From Histomonas meleagridis 2922-C6/04-290x (taxonomy: Eukaryota > Protista > Parabasalia): DNA of 64,000 bases. The notes under the pieces were generated by a model. That model did not search any database. It was not told where the DNA came from and saw nothing but the letters and a program-made list of their open reading frames with translations. The position numbers and the translations under genes were made by a program. The DNA lies in assembly GCA_020184695.1 (NCBI GenBank), contig JAANOX010000188.1, forward strand, positions 40,383 to 104,382, given 5' to 3'. Positions 54,163 to 64,000 of this stretch are shown one piece after another (position 1 is the first letter of the stretch; every line of letters starts with the position of its first letter).

Positions 54163-55044
54163 TTGGATATATTCTCTGATACTTGCACTGTTGAAGATAC
54201 TGCCATGGAAGCAGCCAATGGAAAATGGAGTTCTACTCAAAGTTGGTATTATGACGATCCTTACATTTCAAATTTTGTTGATATAAAAATTATTAAACTT
54301 CCACATCAAAATTTAGGGTCATATTTTCGTACAAAAATTATTTCAGATGGTGCTAAAAAATTTCATTCTATATATGGAACAAATTCACAAATTGTTGTAT
54401 TAGGATGTGGATATGATACTTTATATTGGATACTTAGAGATTTAAACATAACGTTCAAAAGTTGGTACGACATTGATAAAAATTCAGTAATTTTACATAA
54501 ATCAACAGTGATTAAAAAGTCAGAAATATTCAATCCTTCAGAAGGTTATTACCTTATACCAATTGACTTTGAAGAAACGCCAAATTTCATCAGCCTTCTT
54601 CCAAACTATGAAAATCTCCCCACACTCTTCATTGATGAATTTTCCATGATTTATATGAACCAACAAACCACCAATAGCATGCTCAAAACGATTGGATCAG
54701 ATCCAAACAATTGTTTTATTAGTTACGGAATGACACTTTCTAATGACGAATTTGGTACATTGGTCAAAAAAACGTTTGAAGAAATGGGAATTCCTTTGAA
54801 GAGTTACGACGAAACTGAAACAGTCGAAAGCGCTGTGAAAAGGCTACTTTCGTTTGGCTTTGGATATGCACGAGCTATAGATTGCGAAAAGGGAATGAAC
54901 AAAATTTTGACCGCAGAAGAAAAAAAAAGAATTTCTCGACTGGAACTGTTTGATGATCCAAATCAAGTAATATATACGATGAGGCATTATTTGGTATCTG
55001 TTGCCGGGTGTAATGAATTTGTTAAAATGATTCCAATTGAATAA
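54163..55044 (+). CDS. LCMT1: Leucine carboxyl methyltransferase (LCMT1/PPM1-like); start uncertain (TTG)
   Basis: YYDDPYISNFV, YFRT, QIVVLGCGYDT, PTLFIDEFSMIYM, RISRLELFDD...HY. Confidence 0.85.
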   Translation: MDIFSDTCTVEDTAMEAANGKWSSTQSWYYDDPYISNFVDIKIIKLPHQNLGSYFRTKIISDGAKKFHSIYGTNSQIVVLGCGYDTLYWILRDLNITFKSWYDIDKNSVILHKSTVIKKSEIFNPSEGYYLIPIDFEETPNFISLLPNYENLPTLFIDEFSMIYMNQQTTNSMLKTIGSDPNNCFISYGMTLSNDEFGTLVKKTFEEMGIPLKSYDETETVESAVKRLLSFGFGYARAIDCEKGMNKILTAEEKKRISRLELFDDPNQVIYTMRHYLVSVAGCNEFVKMIPIE

Positions 55045-55163
55045 TTGTTAATACTTATTAAAATTATATATATTTATATAATTAAAGTTTTTTGAGAAGA
55101 TATAACAAATTTTTGCTCAAAATGAAGAAAAAATGTTTTGATATATTAATAACATTTAAGAAC

Positions 55164-56411
55164 TTATTTATGTCGAACTAAACTTTTTGTTGTTCGAGTA
55201 ATACGCGCTGTACTTCTAAATGGCCTTATGGATCTTGGCGTTTCTATAATTGCCGAATCGAAGCCATCCATTGATTGAAACTGGAGTCCTGTCGAATTTG
55301 TTACTCTTGAATTCATCAAAATTGAGTTTGGAGGAGGCCCAAGTAATCTTTGTGCTTCCTCTTCTGTTGTGGCACCTGTTACTTGTGGTATATCTCTTCC
55401 ACAAGCTATACACTTCAATCGACCAACAGAAGTTTGATTTTCATTATTTAATGTTAACTCTTTTATTATATCATTAATTTCTTCTCTTGTAGCTGTTTGT
55501 TCTAAGTAATCTTTAAGCTCATCGAATTTACCATTTAATTCGCCTATTATAGATTGGAACTTTTCGAACATTTTTTCAACAAGTGATTTATCTGCTTTAT
55601 TGGAAATTTCTGAATTATCTGAAATGATTTTGTCATGAATAGCAAATAAATGAGCTTGTAAATTAGGTATAAGTTTATATATATAATCAACAACTTCACC
55701 AATATTTTCGAATTTATCGATCGGTGGAAGTCGTGGTGAATCCCTCCAATCTGCAGAGATTGAAGGATATGGCTGATATGATGATAAATCAATATTTTGT
55801 GGTGATTCAACATTTTGAATTACTTCTGGTGGAGGCTTCTTTTGTTTCTTAAGTGCTCTAATACAATCACTAATATGTTTTAAAGTCTTTTTTACAGATG
55901 TAACTGAGGCATTTAGAACATTTGGAAGAGTTTCATCAAGATTGGCAAACGTGTCATTGAAAAGAGATATGGATGAAGCAATAGCTTGTAAATGTGCTCG
56001 GGTGGAATTGAGTTTTGCCCCATTTTTATGAACTGTATCTTCAAGAAATTTGAGTTTATCATTAATGTCTTCTTTTTTATGGGAATTTGGAATTAAGTCC
56101 TTAATTGAATCAAAGCGTTCTTTGTTAGCCTTGTTAATCATGTTGGCAGTATCAAGAAGCCGCCCTTCATATTTGCCTTCGAGATCTTTTATTTTTGAGT
56201 TAAGATTATTTTCAATTAAATCAATGCGTTTTTCAAGCTCAGATGTTTTATCTTGAATTTCTTTCATAATATTATTCTGTAATGACATGTCTTTAATTAG
56301 ACGCTGTAAATCGAGAATCATTTTTTCATGTTGATCAAGTTTCTTTTCCATCTGCTTGAGTTCTTTCTCTAAATCACTTTCATCGATTTGAATCCTTAAA
56401 TATGGAGTCAT
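55164..56411 (-). CDS. Coiled-coil protein with a C-terminal CxxC motif (DUF4795-like, tentative)
   Basis: 415-aa ORF with long heptad runs and LKCIACGRDIP. Confidence 0.7.
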   Translation of the reverse strand: MTPYLRIQIDESDLEKELKQMEKKLDQHEKMILDLQRLIKDMSLQNNIMKEIQDKTSELEKRIDLIENNLNSKIKDLEGKYEGRLLDTANMINKANKERFDSIKDLIPNSHKKEDINDKLKFLEDTVHKNGAKLNSTRAHLQAIASSISLFNDTFANLDETLPNVLNASVTSVKKTLKHISDCIRALKKQKKPPPEVIQNVESPQNIDLSSYQPYPSISADWRDSPRLPPIDKFENIGEVVDYIYKLIPNLQAHLFAIHDKIISDNSEISNKADKSLVEKMFEKFQSIIGELNGKFDELKDYLEQTATREEINDIIKELTLNNENQTSVGRLKCIACGRDIPQVTGATTEEEAQRLLGPPPNSILMNSRVTNSTGLQFQSMDGFDSAIIETPRSIRPFRSTARITRTTKSLVRHK

Positions 56412-56542
56412 CTTAAATTAACGTATAAAATTTTGGGGCGCCTCGTTTTTTGTGTCAGATCTGACGACGCTGAAAATATTCTGAAGTTTATATCGGAAAA
56501 TTGAGTGATTATAACGCCATTCATTCAATATTCAGTCTTGGG

Positions 56543-59500
56543 ATGTCCAACAAGTTGACTAATATCCAAATCCTTAAATCACTCGAACAGATAATCTTTA
56601 ACTTACATAAGGGAAATTTAGAATCTGCAGTAAATCAAACAATGGATTTATATGATCCAAATTTTCAATGTTCATTTAATAATGTATTATGCAATTTTGT
56701 GATTTCTGCATTTATTGCTCAAAAGGGAGAGGAAGATAAATATATAGATTATTTGCTTTCAATACAAGCAAAAGAAGGAGAAAATTCCATAATAAAGATT
56801 TTTTGTGAAAAGCTCGCTAATAGAAAAGAACAAGAGTCACATTATCTTCTTGAAAAAATGATTGTGAAAAATTTAGTTGATAAAGATATCGTGAAAAGCG
56901 TTGAATCTAGATATTTTGCACATTATATGGATGAAACTCAAATAGATTTTTTGAAAAATAGTTCAACATGTCATGAACCTATATTACAATTTAAAAAAGA
57001 TTATGACGAACTTTCAAAGAATGATTGGGAACTTCATAAAAAATATGTTAAAGAAGGAGTTAATCCGAATGAAATTGCAAAAATAATTCGAAATGATGAT
57101 GTTGAAAAACTTCAAGAAATATCAACACAAACAAATTTTGATTTTGACCAAACAATCAGACCATCACTTTATGAAAAATGTTCATTTATTAACAATCGGA
57201 ATGTTTCATTAATTGATTATGCAGCATTTTTTGGATCAATTAAATGTTTTAAATATTTATTTATGAATGAAGCAAATATTAGAAATAAAAGTAAATATGC
57301 AGTTACAGGTGGAAATGAAGAAATTATTCATTTATGTGAACAGAATAATTCATCATTTGATGGATCATTAGCAGCAGCAATTATATTTCATCAAAATGAT
57401 ATCTTTAAATATATTTATGAACAGAGATTAGATAATTTAATAAATTATGAATTTGAAGGTAAGTACGATAATTATGATTATAATCAAATCAGATTTATTG
57501 TTTCTGGAAGCGATCAAATAAATATTAACGAATTAGGAGTTCTGTGTGAAGTTTATAATAATTATGAAATCTTTTCATTTTTGGAAAAAGAAGGAATGAT
57601 AATTGATGATTACATTATAAATGAATCAGCAAGAAGTGGTAACTTATTCCTTTTTAAGTATTTTTTCGAAAATAATTTTCGGTCTAAATGTTCTTTGTTG
57701 TTTTCATCTACATCAGGAAATAATGAACTTGTTAAATATATTTTAGAATCAGAAGAAATTGATATTAACATCAAAAATATTAAAATGCTTTATTTAAAAT
57801 TTATATTAACAATTTGATATTTCAAAATAATATTTGGAATTTATTTAAAATATTTGAAACAGCTCTTATGATTGCATCTGGAAAAGGTTACACAGAAACA
57901 GTTAAATTACTTCTCCAACAAAAAGGAATTGATGTTAATGCTAAAGATATATATTTGTTTTGTTTAGAATTTATTTTGATAATATGGAATTTAAAAAATA
58001 TATATATGAATTATTGAAAATTTTTAAAGAAGCAATTAATTATGCATCTGCAAATGGTTATCCAGAAATAGTCCAATTACTTCTTCAACAAGAAGGAATA
58101 GATATCAATGCAAAAGGTATTTGTTTATTATATAATATGTTATTATTGATGATTTGGTATTTCATAACAATATTTGGAAATTATTTTAATTATTTGAAAC
58201 GCCGTTTATACTGGCATCTAAAAGCGGTAGTATGTCTCCTTCTCAATTTTTTGATTATCGTAGTGATTATGATAAAGATATTTATATATTTATATTAAAA
58301 TTTATTTAAATAATTTAAGGTTTTATCTTTATATTAAAGAATTATTTATTATATTTTTAATGGCACTTAAGCGTACATATAAAAAAGGTTATGTTGAAAT
58401 TGCTAAATTACTTCTTGAACAAGGAGGAATTGATATCAATGCTAAAAGCATTTATTCATTTTATTCAATATATATTTTAATTATTTGGTATTTCAAAATA
58501 ATAATTGGAAATTATATTCAATATTTTATACAGCACTTATGTATGCATCCTTCAATGGTAATGAAGATATAGTTAAATTACTTCTTGAACAAGAAGGAAT
58601 TGATGTCAATGCTCAAAACATTAATATATTCTATTTAATATTTATTTTATTAATTTTGGATTTCAACGTAATATTCAGAAATTATATTCAATATTTTGGA
58701 CAGCACTTATGTATGCAGCGTTTATTGGTCATGAAGAAATAGTTAAATTACTTCTTGAACATGAAGGAATTGATGTTAATATTATGAATATTTATATTAT
58801 CATATTTATTATTCAAATTGACAATTTAAAATTTCAAAATATTATTTGGAAATTGTTTAAAATATTTCAAACAGCATTACTATTAGCAGTGGAATATGGT
58901 AGTCTTGAAATAAGTTCAATACTTTGTATGAACGAAGGTATTGTTTTAAATGAAGAAGATGTTTATTCATTTTTTTCAGTAATTATTTCAATGTTTTGAT
59001 ATTTAAACAATATATTTGGATTTTGAACATAACATTTAAAAATACATTAATGCTTGCATCTGGAAAAGGATATGTTCAAATTGTACAATTAATTCTTAAA
59101 CAAAATAATATTAATATAAATGCTCAAGATATTTATTTATAATGTTTCATGTCCATTTTAAAAATATAATATTTAAAAATGTAATTTGGATTTTATTCAA
59201 ATTGGTTCGAACTGCGCTTATTTGGGCAATAAGCAATAAAAACACTGAAATAGTTAAATTACTTCTTGAGCAAGAAGGAATTGATATCAATGAAAAAGAT
59301 GCTTATACAAAATATTTTATATTTTTTTCAATGTTTTGATATTTCGATTTAATATTTGAACTTTTTTTAAATTATCCCAAACACCACTTATAATCGCAAC
59401 TAAAAAAGGATTCACTGAAATTGTTAGAATCCTTCTTAATCATAAAGGAATTGATGTTAATGAGAAAGATATTCATTAACTTTATTTGATATTAATTTTC

Positions 59501-59807
59501 CTCTTTTAAAGTTTCGAAGCAATATATAAAAATTATTTAAATTATTTTATACAGCACTTATGTATGCATCGGGTAATAACCAAGTGGAAATTGTTAAACT
59601 TCTCCTTCAACAAAAAGGTATTGATCTCAATGCAAAGAATGATTATTTACTTTATTCAAAATTTATTTCATTAATTTTATGTTTCAAAACAAAATATGGA
59701 ATATATTAAAGTTAAATGTAACAGCACTTTCTTGGGCAGCAGCACTTAATTATGATGAAGTAGTGGAATTATTAACAAAAAAATTAAATTGTAATGAAAA
59801 TAAATAA
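56543..59807 (+). CDS. DUF3447-type ankyrin repeat gene: 412-codon first segment plus 12 ankyrin modules separated by 12 frame-breaking spacers (about 815 aa if joined)
   Basis: LIDYAAFFGSIKCFKYL domain. Twelve stop-free modules such as TALMIASGKGYTETVKLLLQQKGIDVNAKD, ending ...NENK-TAA at 59805-59807. Inr-like TCAGT before the ATG. Confidence 0.75.
57779..59720 (+). repeat. Array of 12 intervening spacers with 170-bp periodicity
   Basis: Spacers at 57779-57858, 57949-58028, 58119-58198, 58280-58359, 58450-58529, 58620-58699, 58790-58870 (81 nt), 58961-59040, 59131-59210, 59301-59380, 59471-59550 and 59641-59720. Confidence 0.92.
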
Positions 59808-59958
59808 AATATTTTATTTAGGCAGTCATCACTTTGATATCAAAGATTATATAAATAAAAGGTACATTAGCTGCAATAATTTCCTTGAAATTTCCATTGT
59901 ATTTCATGAAATGAACAATCAAATTGAAAAATTTCGTTGAGATATTTATCTTTTGATA

Positions 59959-60974
59959 CAGCTCGTTGCAATTGCTTTTATAAACCTCTGACCTTATAAG
60001 GTCAGCAAAACAAAATATCCGAAATTGAGAAGTTTACAAACCGTCTGCAAAAACCAATACCCCTAATGCAAAAGTAAATCCATTGATCTCGAAACGAAGT
60101 ATCGAAAAAGTGACGCGTGCAAAACAAAATACCCCTAAGACAAAAGTAAATACCCAAAATTGAAAGGTTTACAAACAGGCAGAAAAACAGGGTATCCCGC
60201 TAGCAAAACTAAATATCCAAATTTGAAAAGTTTACAACACAAAATAAGGACAGGTGGATTTTGATGAATAAATAAATTGTTTTTTACTCTTTTGTCTAAA
60301 AGTTCGTAGGAATAGGACTCAGTTTAGATTAAGTCTCGTGAAGCAGTTATCAAATGAAATATTTCCACTTCTTTATGCTTTATTACATACTGTATAACCA
60401 GGATCACTTTGTGACGGGATTTGAATGGTTTAAAAATTATACGTCACTTTTTTAATCACTCAAAAATTAATTGTAACTCTGTTGTAAATCAAATGATATA
60501 TCGTAACATATTATACAGTTGCATACAAAGTATTATTTAAATTGAATATTTTGAGAGTAATTTGAAATTCAGTAATAAAAATAAGGAAAAATGATGATAA
60601 AACTTCAAAAAGAATTTTTCACCTTAGCGTTTGTTTATTCAATTTTTCCTTTATAAAATTTATCTCCCATCAGTATTTATCATCTGTTAAAGTTGATTGT
60701 GCAGACGAATTCATTTGTGACATAAAAATTTGAGATTAGATAAAAATACAAATATTGGATATTTATTTTTTTGCAAGCGACTTTGTTATGCACGCGTCAC
60801 TTTTTTGTATATTTACTTTGCAATTGGGATATTCAGTTTGCAAACGTCACTTTTTGGCTATTCTGTTTCTCTGGTTAGCTACTTTGTTTTGAGGAAAGGA
60901 GATTTACTTTTGCACGCGTCACTTTTTGAGATATTGAGTTTTGCACAATGTATAAAAGCAATTGCAACGAGCTG
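59959..60974. mobile_element. Non-autonomous TIR DNA transposon (MITE/foldback-like), probably Tc1/mariner-type with TA target duplication
   Basis: Perfect inverted repeats CAGCTCGTTGCAATTGCTTTTATA at both ends, flanked by TA. Many subterminal repeats are mirrored between the arms. No transposase ORF. Confidence 0.85.
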
Positions 60975-60982
60975 TATCAAAA

Positions 60983-61000
60983 TATATATATATATATATA
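60983..61000. repeat. (TA)9 microsatellite
   Basis: Directly visible in the sequence. Confidence 0.9.
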
Positions 61001-61108
61001 TTTCACATTAAAAAGTAAACTGAAGTAAATTTTTCGTTAAAATTAATCATTTAATCACAAATTTCATTTACACAAAAGTGGCAAAAAAGAATTATTGCTT
61101 TAAGTTGT

Positions 61109-62192
<1,084 letters not shown>

Positions 62193-63551
62193 TCAATTTC
62201 TGTATTGAATTTATCGTTGTTTTGACTTTTTGAATGATTATGTAACGTCCATTTTGTATCAACATTTTGTACAATTTGTTTTGAAAGAAAGATTTCTTGG
62301 ATTAGCTTGAACACATAAATATACAATTTTGGGTCTGATGCGTATAGACACAAAAATGGTTTTTGCCTTTGACTTTAAATTTGGATTTTATGTGATAAAC
62401 TAGATAATTTATCCGGAAAATATCAAATGATATCGTTTTAGGGATTTGAAAATTTTTACATTCAAATCATTTGATATTCTCATTTAAACAAAGAGAATAT
62501 TTTACACATTTTTGTTAAATTTTGATATAAATTGCTATCATAATAATTAAAGCATATGCAATTGATCTAATTAAATATGTTGTTATAATTCCACTCGTCA
62601 TTCATTAACGTAAGCCAACCCAATCAATATGAAAACAATAAAATTAACATCATTACAAAAATTTTAATGTTTAACAAGCCAAAATAAAATTCCACGGAAT
62701 ATTAAAATAATCAAGAATTTTTCAAAATTGATTTTTGAAATTTTGAAACTATGATTTTATCTAGTTTCATGTTTAAAATCATCATGTAAAAAATTATTTT
62801 TTTTATAAATATTGCAATATTTGTATCATATATGAAAGATCCTACAAAATTTTCCGATTGAAACAAAATTTTCTCTGAGAAGTTATTGGAAATTCAACGA
62901 ATGGAACTATATATGAATCAGAAGAAACAGAATTTAATATTACATCATTTGCGACAGGATATCATTATATTATTGATGAAAATGATTCGACTATTATTAC
63001 ATATGAAAATTTAAATATAACAAATGAAACAAATGAATTTATTACAGATGTTTTTAATGGTAATATCTATATACATGTTTATTAATATACATTATGATGA
63101 AGGAATGAACCAATATTGTTATTCACATATTCATCATATCATCTTCTGTTGCAAAAGGATCTTCTTCAATGTTATGTATGTTCACGTCAGTAAACTCAAA
63201 ACTTTATTATTGTTGATCAGAAACTACATTTTCGATCTCATTTTCTATAATTTATTTTTATTTCGAATGTGTAAAATTATTGCAATCAGCAAAGCAATGC
63301 TACAACTACAATTGTAGTGTAATTACACTTGTGTTCCTTTTTATGCAAATTTGATATTTATTGAAAAATTATAAAAAATTAGGAACAAAATTCAACAGCA
63401 TACAAACTTTGTATTTATAAATAAGTAAATTTAGCTTCAATAAATTGATATTTGTATTATGTGTCGGTAACTTAATCGAAACATAACACAAAGAGAATTA
63501 TTATTAAAATGATCACTGAAAAACAATTTGAAAGAAGTTAATTTTATAAAA

Positions 63552-63998
63552 TTATAACCATTGATCATTATCATTAAGAATTAATGTTTTGATATCTTTT
63601 TCTATAGTTCCATCTGTGAATTTCGGTTCTTCATTTTGTATCTCGGAATTTTCACTTGATTGATGCTCTTCTTTCTCTGCCTTGCGAACAACAAATATGA
63701 TAATTCCTATGATAATTAACAGAACTATAACAGAGCAGCATATAATTGCAATTAATACATAAATCGAAATTCCGTCAGAAATTGTTTCATTTGAGTGAAA
63801 CATCGTATAGAATGCAGAATATTCAACATAATATGATGAATATAATAACACTGAATATGAATAATAAATCAACATTGAATAAGTGGCTTCTTGGCTATTA
63901 CATGAAAATGTAATATGTGAAATCATTGTAATTGTCTCTGTAACTGACATAAAACTCTTAAGAATCATAGAATATGAAAATGTTATGTCACTATTAAA
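63552..63998 (-). CDS. C-terminal part of a single-pass surface protein (Ser/Thr/Tyr-rich stalk, TM, tail ending DNDQWL); 5' partial
   Basis: Frame is open to the window end. TM ISIYVLIAIICCSVIVLLIIIGIIIFVV followed by RK. Confidence 0.75.
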   Translation of the reverse strand, partial: FNSDITFSYSMILKSFMSVTETITMISHITFSCNSQEATYSMLIYYSYSVLLYSSYYVEYSAFYTMFHSNETISDGISIYVLIAIICCSVIVLLIIIGIIIFVVRKAEKEEHQSSENSEIQNEEPKFTDGTIEKDIKTLILNDNDQWL

Positions 63999-64000
63999 TG

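Noticed and set aside
160-55813. Numerous 60-150 aa ORFs nested in or antisense to longer genes (for example 7015-7461, 14068-14385, 45179-45523)
   Set aside because: They overlap well-supported CDSs, often use non-ATG starts, and have no motifs.
57779-59720. Canonical GT-AG spliceosomal introns using the CAG in ACA-GCA
   Set aside because: That AG is absent in units 3, 4, 8, 9 and 10. There is no conserved 5' GT and no ACTAAC branch motif.
57779-59720. U12-type AT-AC introns
   Set aside because: AT after the Asp codon to AC of Thr gives 82 or 84 nt, which does not restore the frame. The ATATCC 5' motif is absent.
57779-59720. Simple programmed -1 frameshift in each spacer
   Set aside because: No common stop-free crossover window exists: spacer 11 stops at codon 3 of the incoming frame, while spacer 3 has a stop four codons before TAL in the outgoing frame. 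The 60-nt paralog spacer is in frame yet contains TAA.
57779-59720. Strictly matched take-off and landing codons as in T4 gene 60 hopping
   Set aside because: Codon 3 versus the triplet at positions 72-74 match or are synonymous in only about half of the spacers. This is not convincing in AT-rich DNA, although bypass is not excluded.
62800-63320. Possible gene (97-aa ORF at 63024-63317 and nearby N/T/E-rich frames)
   Set aside because: Fragmentary, with stops in all frames and no identifiable family. Probably a relic, but it cannot be assigned.

Overview
This is AT-rich nuclear DNA from a parabasalid protist, Trichomonas/Tritrichomonas-like. That call rests on a trichomonad-type GAPDH, Inr/M3/M5 core-promoter motifs, short intergenic gaps, and DUF3447-ankyrin, BspA, AEC and Myb families. 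The window holds about 35 mostly intronless protein genes (Exo70, CTU1, RPL12, E2, Rac, CK1 and CAMK kinases, P4-ATPase-like, CFAP70-like, GEX1/KAR5-like, MOCOS, LCMT1, among others), several gene relics, a 50-bp minisatellite and a 1-kb TIR element. Main finding: ankyrin genes in which every stop-free 90-nt ankyrin module is separated from the next by an AT-rich, frame-breaking spacer of nearly fixed length (80 nt in 11 of 12 cases at 57.8-59.7 kb, and again at an opposite-strand paralog at 36.7 kb). These spacers lack GT-AG ends and the parabasalid ACTAAC branch motif, so they are candidate non-canonical introns or translational bypass elements. Second finding: a signal-peptide protein at 42.4-43.1 kb carrying colicin M-like (lipid II-cleaving bacteriocin) motifs. 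All family assignments come from motif recognition by eye; no searches were run, so novelty is unverified.
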